From IMG/VR virus record IMGVR_UViG_3300031939_000019, positions 1-30,438 of that record: a DNA stretch of 30,438 nucleotides; one strand, written 5' to 3'. The notes below the pieces were generated by a model. It did not search any database and was not told where the DNA came from. It saw only the letters and a list, made by a program, of their open reading frames with translations. Position numbers and translations under genes: made by a program. This DNA is from a virus (Duplodnaviria > Caudoviricetes). Below, in pieces: positions 8,648 to 17,749 of the stretch (its first letter is position 1; each line of letters opens with the position of its first letter).

Positions 8648-9199
8648 ATGCTGGTGCCCTTCTCCATAGATTACGTCAATGCCCGCAAGGCCTTGGTGGC
8701 AGCCATTGTCCTTGGGACAGGGCTTGCCAATAATCGAATTGTGAGAGAGCAGGCTCAAGGGCCTGTGCAGCCTCCTTTGCCGCGGCCTTATGCCTCTTTT
8801 GTGATGCGCATGGCCGCCATGAGGACAGCCTTCCGTGACAGCACAGTGTTCAAAAACACTGAGGGCAATCAATCCATCACAGTGAGTGGCTACCGAGGGC
8901 TGGCTGTCGATGTCACCTTCCATGGGCAAAGCCAAGATGATGCCTATGGGCTGGCCTCCACCTTCCAGGCCAGCCTCTATCGAGAAGATGTCTTGGCAAG
9001 CTTGCGTGCTGTAGGCTTTGCTGTGTGGACCATTCAAGACGTGACCGATTTGACCAGCCTGCTCAACACAGGCTTTGAGGCCCGCGCCATGGTGGAGTTT
9101 GAGATGTGGACCAGGATTGTGTCCACTGTTGCCGTGGGTGACATTCAAAGCGTGCCTTTGGTGGGCAATGTGCAGACACATCTCGAGCTGACTACTTAA
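8648..9199 (+). CDS. Tail terminator/neck protein
   Basis: Sits just before the sheath gene, with a P.P.PYA motif and a C-terminal E.RA..(E/D) motif. The start is uncertain (frame open from 8609). Confidence 0.65.
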   Translation: MLVPFSIDYVNARKALVAAIVLGTGLANNRIVREQAQGPVQPPLPRPYASFVMRMAAMRTAFRDSTVFKNTEGNQSITVSGYRGLAVDVTFHGQSQDDAYGLASTFQASLYREDVLASLRAVGFAVWTIQDVTDLTSLLNTGFEARAMVEFEMWTRIVSTVAVGDIQSVPLVGNVQTHLELTT

Positions 9200-9226
9200 C
9201 CGATTTGACGCAAAGGGGCACGCCCA

Positions 9227-10291
9227 ATGGCAGCCATAGACAATCTCATCAACATCACTGTGACCCAGCAAACCCAGGCCGTGAGCGTCGCAAGCTTCGG
9301 CATCCCTCTGATCGTGGGCGCCACAGATCCTGGCTGGGACACCGATGTTGTGCGCTCTTACACCGCGCCCTCTGAATTGCTCTCCGATGGCTACACGGTA
9401 GATGCCCCAGAGTATAAGGCGGCTGTGGCCATGTATGCTGGCACCGCTGCCCCCTCCAATTTTTGCGTGGGCAAGCGCACCGATGGGCCCATCTCTTCGG
9501 ATTTGACGGCCATCTTCAATCAGAATGACAATGCCTATGGCGTGATCCTGGCGGGCCTGCCCAATCAGGACATTCTGGATGCCGCGGCCACCATCGAGAG
9601 CTTGACCAAGCTGATGATTGTCTCCTGCTCAGATGATGACATCGCGCAATCTGGCTCAGAGGATCTGGCCAGCCAGCTCAAAGAGGCAGGCTATAACAGG
9701 ACGGGGCTGTGCTTCACCAAGAAGAATCCCAGCGGCGTGCTTGAGGCCGCCTGGATGGGCAGCCAGCTGCCCCAGACCCCTGGCAGCAATAACTGGGCCT
9801 ATAAGACCCTGCCCGGCGTGACCGTCGATGCCCTCAATGGCAATCAACAGACCATCCTGTATGGCGTGCCTGTGGCAGGCGTGGCAGGTAAGAACGTCAA
9901 CGTCTACCAGAGCCTCGGTGGCGCCAGCATCACCTTCCCTGGCATGGCGGCCTCTGGGCGCTACTTTGATTTGACCATCGGCATTGACTGGCTTACGGCC
10001 AACATCCAGAGCGCCATTTACAGCCAGCTGGTCAACAGCCCCAAGATCCCCTACACAACGGCTGGTGTCACATCCTTGATGAATGTGATCAACGGCGTGT
10101 TGCGCACGGCCGAGGCCAACGGCCTGCTTGATGGCCAGGATCCTGATTATCCCATCTATGTCAAAGCAGATTCGGTGGACTCCGTATCAGTCAATCAGAG
10201 GGCTGAGCGCATCTCCCCCAACATCTACTTTGGTGGCCGTTTGCAGGGCGCCATCAATTCGATCATCATCAAAGGTCAAGTGTCGGTCTGA
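9227..10291 (+). CDS. Contractile tail sheath protein (DUF3383-like)
   Basis: N-terminus I..II.ITV......FG.PLIVG, plus PGS.NWAYKTL.GV, G.(Y/F)D...G.DWL, KIPYT..G and GAI....I.G.V motifs. Confidence 0.88.
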   Translation: MAAIDNLINITVTQQTQAVSVASFGIPLIVGATDPGWDTDVVRSYTAPSELLSDGYTVDAPEYKAAVAMYAGTAAPSNFCVGKRTDGPISSDLTAIFNQNDNAYGVILAGLPNQDILDAAATIESLTKLMIVSCSDDDIAQSGSEDLASQLKEAGYNRTGLCFTKKNPSGVLEAAWMGSQLPQTPGSNNWAYKTLPGVTVDALNGNQQTILYGVPVAGVAGKNVNVYQSLGGASITFPGMAASGRYFDLTIGIDWLTANIQSAIYSQLVNSPKIPYTTAGVTSLMNVINGVLRTAEANGLLDGQDPDYPIYVKADSVDSVSVNQRAERISPNIYFGGRLQGAINSIIIKGQVSV

Positions 10292-10911
10292 TGAGTGTTC
10301 GCGTAAGCCCACCTATAGCCTTTCAGGCGCGCAAGCTTGCCTCTGCAGGCTTCGGACACGCTTACGCGATGCACACCCATCTCTTGCGCAGCCTCGGCCG
10401 CCGAAGAGTACCGTTTGCCAGTGTCCAGGTTGATGACAGGCTTGGCTCTTGCCTTGCATTGCGCGGCAACACGCGCCCTGTTTTCAGCAGACATCGGCTT
10501 GCGACAAGACAGGATATAGGCCGATTGCTCAGATGTGAGCACACGGCCTTTCTTGCCCTTGCAGCTGGCGGCAATACGCGCCTTATGCTCTTGAGAATGT
10601 CTCTTGCCGTAATTGAGGGCAGCCACAGCGGCGTGCCTGTTGGCAACGGTGTGCGTCTTGCGAAAGGTTTCAATCCAGAAATTTTCACGCAATATCGCGT
10701 CATTCAGAGAGCACGTTTCGATCTCCTCAAAGGTCCAGCCTTCAGGCCCAACGCTGCTCCATGCTTTTTGCAGGATGGGATTGCGATGCGTGCCGGAATT
10801 AAGGCGCCACCTGTGAGACACTACACGCTCATCAAAGCGGACCGTTGCGCCCACGTAAACGGTGTCAATGCTGATGTGGCGCAAGACGTAAACAGTCACA
10901 ATGTCTTTCAT
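10276..10911 (-). mobile_element. Free-standing GIY-YIG homing endonuclease with NUMOD3/NUMOD1-like DNA-binding domains
   Basis: TVYVL...VYVGAT..F..R...H...L..G.H.N..LQ.AW; catalytic-like RE..WI; GKRHSQEHKARI; KPVINLDTG..YSS..EAA...GYRWAY. Confidence 0.85.
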
Positions 10912-10975
10912 TCGCGCCACATACACAAGTATGTACGTGCGCCGCAAGACCTAAAAACATCAAAGGAGACCAGAG

Positions 10976-11410
10976 ATGGCGCAGCCAAACTTTGCTACTT
11001 ATAATCCGGGAGAGGTGAGCCTCACTGTCGGCTCTCTCATCATCACAGGGTACGCTCAAGACACCATGATCACCATTGCGCGCAAAAGCCCCACCTGGTC
11101 CACAACAGTGGGCAGTGATGGCTTCGTCACGCGGGCCAAGAGCCTCGATAAGCGCGGGGAGATCACCATCACCCTAGACATGAGCTCGCCTTCCAATGAC
11201 GATTTGACCGCGCTCTTCAATGCCGATGAGCAGACCGGCAAGGGTAACTTCCCCATTATGATGCGCGATGGCAGTGGCACGTCTGTGGCCAGCGGCGCAT
11301 CGGCCTGGATTGTCCAGCCTGCCACCATGGAATTTGGCAACGGCATCCTGGGCCGCCAGTGGACTTTTGAGGTGGCTGTGTTGGCCATGAATGTCGGCGG
11401 CAACACCTGA
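10976..11410 (+). CDS. Tail tube protein (DUF3277-like)
   Basis: AAGGAG RBS. TY.P..V...G...I.G.A....I, VG.DG, G.ITITL..SSPSN..L and R.W.F motifs. Confidence 0.85.
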   Translation: MAQPNFATYNPGEVSLTVGSLIITGYAQDTMITIARKSPTWSTTVGSDGFVTRAKSLDKRGEITITLDMSSPSNDDLTALFNADEQTGKGNFPIMMRDGSGTSVASGASAWIVQPATMEFGNGILGRQWTFEVAVLAMNVGGNT

Positions 11411-11862
11411 TGGAGGTCACCAAGAATGAGCGCGGCCTCTATGAGGTGACGCTGCCCACCGAAGAGGGGGACAAGACCTTCACCTTCCAGAAATGGGGAG
11501 CTGAAGAGGCCACCGATACCTTGCTGGACATCATCTCAGTGGTAGGTGAATCCATGGGGGGCTTGCTGAGCGTGCTCACAGGTGGCGGCGCGGATCAGGA
11601 CGTGGGCAGCGCCTCTTTGGAGGGATTGTTTCGACAATTGACGCTTGGGCTTACGCGCAATAAGGACCTGACCAAGCGCATCCTCAAAAAGCTCTCCAGT
11701 GACCGCGTGCTGTGCAATGACATGCCTGTGGACTGGAAGAGCTTCTATAAGGAGCAATTGCCCCTAAGCTTTGCCGTGGCCAGAGCTCAGCTGGAGGTGC
11801 AATACGGAAATTTTATAGGCGCCGCCAGATCCCTCGGCCTGCTAGGCCCATCGGCGGCATAG
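11410..11862 (+). CDS. Tail assembly chaperone (short form)
   Basis: Lies between tube and tape measure genes and ends with V.YGNF over a slippery heptamer. Confidence 0.8.
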   Translation: MEVTKNERGLYEVTLPTEEGDKTFTFQKWGAEEATDTLLDIISVVGESMGGLLSVLTGGGADQDVGSASLEGLFRQLTLGLTRNKDLTKRILKKLSSDRVLCNDMPVDWKSFYKEQLPLSFAVARAQLEVQYGNFIGAARSLGLLGPSAA

Positions 11863-12056
11863 AGGCCAAGAAGCCTGTTGTTAATTTCAATTGGTGGTAC
11901 TGGCGGCCTGTTGTGGCCGGATGGGGATCCTTGATGGAGATCAAGAGGGATTGGGATATTGATGCCCTCTGTGATGCCCATGAGATCCTGGACATGAGAG
12001 AGGATGCTGAGCGCCAGGCGATGGCCGAGGCCCAGCGCCAGCATGGAGGCACCTGA
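11808..12056 (+). CDS. -1 frameshift extension of the tail assembly chaperone
   Basis: A AAT TTT at 11808-11814 is in frame. The -1 frame is open to TGA 12054-12056 (…WWYWRPVVAGWGSLMEIKRDWDIDALCDAHEILDMRED…) and overlaps the tape measure ATG. Confidence 0.8.
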   Translation, partial: KFYRRRQIPRPARPIGGIEAKKPVVNFNWWYWRPVVAGWGSLMEIKRDWDIDALCDAHEILDMREDAERQAMAEAQRQHGGT

Positions 12057-13669
12057 TGGCTACCCTAAGAGAGCTGATCACCAAGCTCAGCTTCCAGACA
12101 GACACCAAGCCCCTCGAGAGCGTGGGCAAGGCCATCGAGGGCATCAAGAGCCGCCTGAATCTCTTGGTGGGCATCGAGGCCCTTAAGGGTATTGCCAACC
12201 TTACTGATAAGTTTGGCAATTTCGCGCTGGACTTGCGCAATGCCGCCGCGGCCGCGGGCCTCACAACAGACGAATTTCAGAAGCTCAGCTATGCAGCGGC
12301 TCAGTCTGGTGTCTCTCAAGAGAGCATGGCCAACACCCTCAAGTCTCTCAATAAGAGGCTGCAGGATGCGCGTCTTGGCTCTGAGCAGGCGGCGCTGGCC
12401 TTTGCCTATGCTGGCATCCCAGCTGAGCAGCTGGGCACGTACCGCAATGCCGAGGAGGCCCTCTATGCTGTGGGCAAGAGCCTCAACAGCATCCAGGATC
12501 CCATCAAGCGGGCCTCGAGCGCCCAGGAATTGCTGGGGGAGCAGGGGATGCGCCTGCTTGCCTCCATGGCGGCCACATCAGGGGGATTAAGTGAGCTGAG
12601 CCACAGCGCCGAAGCTTCAGCCGCGACCATCGGCGGCAAAAATCTCGATGCCATGATCCAAGCAGAGCAGGCTTTGACGGGGCTAAGATCCCAGGCCACA
12701 GCTCTGGCGCAAAACCTGGCGGCAAGCTTGGCACCTGCTTTGACCGCGGGGATGAAGGCGCTCACCAAGTGGGTGTTCACCAATCAGGGCATGTTGCGCA
12801 CGGATTTCAAGGAGTGGGCCAAGAAGGCGGCCTTTGCTCTGGGCGCTGTGGCAGGTGTTGTGGCGGGCCTGGCCCATGACGTCATGCTCCTGGTGCGCCG
12901 ATTCATGGACTGGGGCAAAGCCTCTGGCGTGTTCAAGAGGCTGGGTGAGGATTTCAAGGTCATTGGCAACATAGTGGCCTCGGTCTTCAAGGCCATCTCT
13001 GTGGCCGTGGCAGCCCTTGCCCCTGTGCTCCTGGATGTCTTTGAAAGCGCCCTCAACAGCCTGGACAGGCTCTTGCGCGCCGTGGGCAGCGCTTTGGCCA
13101 GCTTAAGTGACATGCTTCGTCACCCCCTATCCTTCGATGCGTGGGACAAGGCTTTCACCAGCATCCTCAAGCTCATCCAAGAGCTGGCGCGTGCGCCCTT
13201 CGATCTGGTCACAACGGCCATCTCAAGCCTCTTCTCAGCTGCAGATAAGCTCTTCGCGCTGCTCTATGGCAAAAGCTTCAAGGACACTTGGCTTGGCCAG
13301 GCCCTGGGAGCTCTGGGCAGCGTCCCAGGCGACGTGGCCAACATGCGGGCCTTTCAGAAGGGGCCAGGAGCCACAGCTGCCAGATCCTCAGAGCCAGATC
13401 CAGATCTGGCCTATCTGCAGGGCATGGTGCAGCGCACCCTCTCCAGCCCCTTGCAGGCGGCCTCAGCCACCCAGCCAGCCTTTGCCAGCGCCACAGGCTC
13501 GGCCAGAGCAGGCTCAGCGCCCACGGTCAATGCCCCCATCACCCTCAACATCCAGGGTGATGCCAATTCGCGGCCTGTTTTGCAGGCTGTCAAAGAGGGC
13601 GTGGCTCAACATTTCGACATGGTGATGAGGCAGGCCCAAGCAGGCTCTTCGCCAGGGGTGGTCTACTGA
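12056..13669 (+). CDS. Tape measure protein
   Basis: 537 aa, helical and Ala/Leu-rich. Starts M.TLRELI.KL.F..D, has a Q.L.YAA..SG motif and hydrophobic central helices. Confidence 0.85.
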   Translation: MATLRELITKLSFQTDTKPLESVGKAIEGIKSRLNLLVGIEALKGIANLTDKFGNFALDLRNAAAAAGLTTDEFQKLSYAAAQSGVSQESMANTLKSLNKRLQDARLGSEQAALAFAYAGIPAEQLGTYRNAEEALYAVGKSLNSIQDPIKRASSAQELLGEQGMRLLASMAATSGGLSELSHSAEASAATIGGKNLDAMIQAEQALTGLRSQATALAQNLAASLAPALTAGMKALTKWVFTNQGMLRTDFKEWAKKAAFALGAVAGVVAGLAHDVMLLVRRFMDWGKASGVFKRLGEDFKVIGNIVASVFKAISVAVAALAPVLLDVFESALNSLDRLLRAVGSALASLSDMLRHPLSFDAWDKAFTSILKLIQELARAPFDLVTTAISSLFSAADKLFALLYGKSFKDTWLGQALGALGSVPGDVANMRAFQKGPGATAARSSEPDPDLAYLQGMVQRTLSSPLQAASATQPAFASATGSARAGSAPTVNAPITLNIQGDANSRPVLQAVKEGVAQHFDMVMRQAQAGSSPGVVY

Positions 13670-14487
13670 TGGCAGGCCTCAATAACAACGCCCTGAATGG
13701 GGCCATCATCAATGTCACAGGCGTGGCAGGGGGGCTGGCCCAATCCACAGGCCTTCTGAGCCAGCTCGAGGCCCAGCCCAGCCGCGTGCAATTCATCAAG
13801 CCGGGCCTGGGCACGGTCTTGGTCCTTGATGCCGTCATCAATGAGAATCACCAGGCCTCAGCTCAGCCCACCATGTACCCTGTGGAAGATGGCAGCATTG
13901 TGAGCGATCACGTTGTGCAGAATCCTGTGACGCTCAGCCTCACAGGCATCATCAGTGACACCCCGCTGCCAGACACCCTTACAGGGCAATTGACGCAAAC
14001 GTTGGGGGCAGCTGCTACCACGCTGATGCCTCCTCTGGGCGTGACGTTGGCCTCTACGGCCTTTGCCATCTACCAGACAGGACAGAATGAGACCAAGCGC
14101 AGCAAAGAGGCCTACGGCATCCTGATGGCCCTGATGACGGGCAATCGAAATGCCAATCCCCCCACGCCGCCTGTGCCCTTCACTGTTCTCACAAAATACA
14201 GCCGCTATGAGTCGATGATTATCACCAACTTGACCTTCCCTGTGGACGCTTCCACCGATGGGCAGCTGGTGGTGACTGTGGACATGATGCGCATGGTGAG
14301 GGTGTCGCCTCAGGTTGTGAATCTGGCCTCTCTCTCCAATGCAGCGCTTGCGGCCTCACGCATTGATGCTGGCGCCCAGGATGCAGAGAGCAATGAGATC
14401 CTCGAGCAGGCCAAGGCAGGTTTCAAAAGCACCTATGACCCTATCGCCAGCGTGGGTGACCGCCTGCTTGGCACCGTGAGCCCCTGA
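13669..14487 (+). CDS. Baseplate/tube-initiator (Dit-like) protein
   Basis: LDA...E.H.....T.YPVEDG..VSDH....P..L.L.G.ISDT motif. Confidence 0.8.
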   Translation: MAGLNNNALNGAIINVTGVAGGLAQSTGLLSQLEAQPSRVQFIKPGLGTVLVLDAVINENHQASAQPTMYPVEDGSIVSDHVVQNPVTLSLTGIISDTPLPDTLTGQLTQTLGAAATTLMPPLGVTLASTAFAIYQTGQNETKRSKEAYGILMALMTGNRNANPPTPPVPFTVLTKYSRYESMIITNLTFPVDASTDGQLVVTVDMMRMVRVSPQVVNLASLSNAALAASRIDAGAQDAESNEILEQAKAGFKSTYDPIASVGDRLLGTVSP

Positions 14488-14807
14488 TGGCCAGCTATAC
14501 ACGCATCCCCCTGGATCAAAGCGCGCCGTGGTATACCTTCTCCATGAGCCTGGGCCAGGTGACCTATCAGTTTGAGGTGGCCTATAACACGCGCAGTGGC
14601 ATCTGGGCCCTGAGCCTCTATGACGTGGCCAATCAGCCGCTGTTGATGAGCGTGCCTCTGCTTATCCGAAGAGATTTGACCAAGGCCTACCACACCCTGA
14701 GCATCCCCCCTGGAGCTCTGGTGTGCCTCGATGATACAGGCGACGGCTCAGAGCCAGGGCTTGGCTCCTTCTTGCTGGATCACACCCTTTATTATGTGGA
14801 GACTTGA
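14487..14807 (+). CDS. Small baseplate protein (DUF6983/plug-like)
   Basis: IPL.....F...L....Y.....YN.R...W.L.L.D.....L...PL motif and gene order. Confidence 0.75.
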   Translation: MASYTRIPLDQSAPWYTFSMSLGQVTYQFEVAYNTRSGIWALSLYDVANQPLLMSVPLLIRRDLTKAYHTLSIPPGALVCLDDTGDGSEPGLGSFLLDHTLYYVET

Positions 14808-14809
14808 CG

Positions 14810-15007
14810 ATGCTCGAGCGCTTTCACCTGTGGCTGCTCAAGCTTCTGTGCCTGTTGATGCCCCATAGGATGGGATCCTGGCTGCTTGTCGATGGCGACA
14901 CCCAAAAGCATGGCTGTTATGTTTACGTGCGGCAATGCAGACGTTGCCGTTACCTTGAGCACAGGCAATTCCCAGCCCATGCCCCCATCGCAAGAGAGCA
15001 TTACTGA
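14810..15007 (+). CDS. Small Cys/His-rich protein, putative zinc binder
   Basis: LLC....H......RQCRRC pattern. TGATG coupling to the hub gene. Confidence 0.55.
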   Translation: MLERFHLWLLKLLCLLMPHRMGSWLLVDGDTQKHGCYVYVRQCRRCRYLEHRQFPAHAPIAREHY

Positions 15008-15918
15008 TGCTTACAGGGACCAAGCAGCTGCTCTATGGGCGCGCCTATGACTTGAAGGTGGGGCCTGCCACAGGCGGGGCAGGCTTGCGCTTTGGCAACA
15101 CTGTGCAAAGCCCTGCAGCGCTGCACATCACCTTTGAGATTCAAAAAATTGCCCAGGGCGCGGCAAACAAGGGCACCATCACCCTCTTCAACATCAGCCA
15201 GAAGCTTCGCACATCCTTGGTGCGGGGCTACCAGCTGAGCTTATCGGCCGGATATCTGGGGCTGATGGGCCTGCTTATTGATGGCACGGTCTTCAAGGCC
15301 ACATCCCAGCGTCAAGGCCCAGACGTCATCACAACACTGGACATCATCGACGGCCTCAAGGCGCTCTTATACAGCCCCTTTGATCGCCCCTACCCCAAGG
15401 GCACCCACCTAAGCACCATTCTGTCCGATGTGGCCAAAGCCATGGATGTGTTGCCAGGCACCATCATGGGCCTGCCCAATAAAACCTTTGGCCGTGGCTT
15501 TGTGGCCCATGGCTTATGCCGCGATATCCTGGAGACCCTGCTCAAGCCCTATGGCCTCGAGGCCCAGATCAATAATGGCAAGCTCAACATCCTGCCCAGA
15601 GCGGCCACCTTGGGGACCGCGGCCATTGTGCTGTCACCGCAAACGGGCCTTCTGGGCGTGCCCTCCGTGGGCCAGACGTCTGTGAGCTTTGAGGCCATGC
15701 TCAATCCAAGGCTGGTGCCCGGCCAGATGGTGCAGCTCATCACGGCCAACACCAACACAACAGGCTTCTTCAAAATCAGGTCCAGCAAGATGACGGGCGA
15801 CACCCATGGGGACAAGTGGGCTGTGGCCTGTGAGGGCGTGCGTACCACAACAGTGGCGGCCTCTGGCGTGGCCCAGGGCTTTGCCTTTGAGCAGGCCGTC
15901 ATCCCTGGGCTGCTATGA
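15007..15918 (+). CDS. Baseplate hub protein
   Basis: R.Y.L, L.I.F.I.K, I.LFN, L.AGY, R.G.D..T, LS..TGL.G.P, LNP.L.PG and GDTHG..W motifs. Confidence 0.85.
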   Translation: MLTGTKQLLYGRAYDLKVGPATGGAGLRFGNTVQSPAALHITFEIQKIAQGAANKGTITLFNISQKLRTSLVRGYQLSLSAGYLGLMGLLIDGTVFKATSQRQGPDVITTLDIIDGLKALLYSPFDRPYPKGTHLSTILSDVAKAMDVLPGTIMGLPNKTFGRGFVAHGLCRDILETLLKPYGLEAQINNGKLNILPRAATLGTAAIVLSPQTGLLGVPSVGQTSVSFEAMLNPRLVPGQMVQLITANTNTTGFFKIRSSKMTGDTHGDKWAVACEGVRTTTVAASGVAQGFAFEQAVIPGLL

Positions 15919-16700
15919 GGCAGCGCCTGCTTGCCCTGCCCCTTCTGGCGGCCTCTGTCATGGGCAACACAGGCTGCCCCCACGCCTCTGATTTCATGCG
16001 GCTGTATGGCTACACGGAGATCCGGCCACCCAGCGGCCTGCTCGAGCCTGGCAGCCTGGTGGCCATCACGCGCCGGGACCCTCTGGAGGCCAAGCTCATC
16101 TGTGATGCTCGGTCCTCTTTGGGGGACAGCGTGCAGCTGGTGCGCAGCCAGACGGCCTCAGGCACCTTGAAGAAGATGCAGGGCCACTCCTCCACCCTGG
16201 ACGTCCAGGTCCTCAACATGATCCGCCAGAATGCCCGTTACAGGCAGGTGGAGAGCATCGAGGTCACCTTGCGCAACGTCTGCATTGTGGAGATCTCAGA
16301 TGCCGCGATTCTCGAGGCTTTGAGCCAACGGTCCCCCTCTTGCGCCTATGCCGTCAAACAGCGCGTCTTGCAGGGCTACACCTTGACCATGATCTCCTCA
16401 GCGCTGATGGCCGATGTGTCCTATACCGTGGGCTGGGCCCAACAGGCCGAAGAGCAATTGAGTGAGTCTGATAAGGTGGGCATCCTCCATGAGCTGTCGG
16501 CCACCTTGGGGGGCAGTGTGGAGGCCGTGACATCGGCGGCCATCCATGCCAACGGCCTCATCTGGGGCATCAGGGATGACGAATATCTGAGCGCCCTGTC
16601 CATCCCCTTTGTGGATGAGCAGCGCTTTGAGCGCAACACGCGCCACATTGATGTGGAGAAGGTGATCGTGGTCCCCCAGATCTTGGAGGCAAGCCCATGA
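15915..16700 (+). CDS. Putative lipoprotein with a gasdermin-like motif pattern
   Basis: Signal-like N-terminus ending TG-C21, then GYTEIRPPSGLLEPGSLV … VESIEVTL … MISSALMADVSYTV … GLIWGIR. ATGA overlaps at both ends. The CDS is well supported; the fold is an inference. Confidence 0.6.
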   Translation: MRQRLLALPLLAASVMGNTGCPHASDFMRLYGYTEIRPPSGLLEPGSLVAITRRDPLEAKLICDARSSLGDSVQLVRSQTASGTLKKMQGHSSTLDVQVLNMIRQNARYRQVESIEVTLRNVCIVEISDAAILEALSQRSPSCAYAVKQRVLQGYTLTMISSALMADVSYTVGWAQQAEEQLSESDKVGILHELSATLGGSVEAVTSAAIHANGLIWGIRDDEYLSALSIPFVDEQRFERNTRHIDVEKVIVVPQILEASP

Positions 16701-17422
16701 GCTTTGCAGGTGATGTGTCTGTCTTGTCGGATCCGGCCTCTTGGGAGAGCTGCCCTGAGACCCTGCCCCTCGAGGGGCTGTTGCGACGGCAAATCTCAGA
16801 GGCCCTCAAAAATCTGAGGACCGCCTTCCCAGCGGCCATCCTGAAGGTGCAGGCCGATCAGACCGTCGATGTGCAGCCTCTTTTGCAGGTGCGCTATGCC
16901 GGGCAATCCCCCAGCACCATGCCCCCTATTCTCCATGTGCCTGTGCTGATGCCTCAGGGCAGCTCTTATCGCGCCTCTTGGCCGCTGGCCGTGGGGGACA
17001 CAGGGCTGGTCTTGATTGCGGACCGAAGCCTGGATGCCTGGCTCTCAGGCGCTGGGGGCATTGTGGATCCCTCAGATACCAGAGCGCATCACCTGGCCGA
17101 TGCCCTGTTTTTGCCGGGCTTGGTCCCCTCTGCCAAGCAGACGCAAGACACAGGGACAGATCTGGTCTTGGGCAATGGCGCGCTCACCCTCAGGCTCAAA
17201 AAAGACGGCCACATCACGGTCTCTAACAGCACCCAAGAGCTCATCCAGGTGTTGCATGACGGGATGCAGGCCCTCATCAGCACCCTGTCGGCCTTGCAAC
17301 AGATGCAGATCCTCACAGCCTTGGGCCCAGCTCCTGTGTTGGCCAGCTCCATCGCACAATTTACTCAATTGCAGGTGACCATGCAGCAAATCTTGCAGCG
17401 GCTCGATTCATTCAAAGGCTGA
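16697..17422 (+). CDS. Baseplate central spike (Gp138/GpV-like N-terminal OB domain)
   Basis: TA.PA.I......TVDVQP, VPV..P, PL..GD.G....ADRS.D.W and R.H.L.DA.F.PG motifs. Confidence 0.85.
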   Translation: MSFAGDVSVLSDPASWESCPETLPLEGLLRRQISEALKNLRTAFPAAILKVQADQTVDVQPLLQVRYAGQSPSTMPPILHVPVLMPQGSSYRASWPLAVGDTGLVLIADRSLDAWLSGAGGIVDPSDTRAHHLADALFLPGLVPSAKQTQDTGTDLVLGNGALTLRLKKDGHITVSNSTQELIQVLHDGMQALISTLSALQQMQILTALGPAPVLASSIAQFTQLQVTMQQILQRLDSFKG

Positions 17423-17470
17423 GGGCCAGAGTGTTAGCGCGGCCATAAGCTTTGGGGCATAGTGTTGGGC

Positions 17471-17749
17471 ATGATGAATGGCAATGACAGGGCAGCTGCC
17501 ATCTATACGGCTTTGACGGGCCAGGGCCGATTGGATGGCCTGACCGATGATGAGAAGGCCCTGGTCAAGGCGCAGCTGCAGATGATCTATGGCGCTGATT
17601 TGGCCTATATTGTGAGCTCTGCTCAGGTGTTGCCAGCCACGCTGCAAAATCCAGCGGGCCAGCCTGTGGCCACAACGGGCAGCCCTGCAGCTCAAAGTGG
17701 CGCTACCACGGCGCCCTCCACCCTCATCGGTCTAGGGCGCTTGCAATGA
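17471..17749 (+). CDS. Small post-spike protein (possible spike-tip/baseplate component)
   Basis: Follows the spike gene and has a G.PV.TTG....Q.G.T....G.G C-terminus. The start is uncertain. Confidence 0.55.
   Translation: MMNGNDRAAAIYTALTGQGRLDGLTDDEKALVKAQLQMIYGADLAYIVSSAQVLPATLQNPAGQPVATTGSPAAQSGATTAPSTLIGLGRLQ

Noticed and set aside
10276-10975. Group I intron hosting the GIY-YIG gene
   Set aside because: Sheath and tube genes both look complete, the endonuclease is antisense, and there is no room for a ribozyme core.
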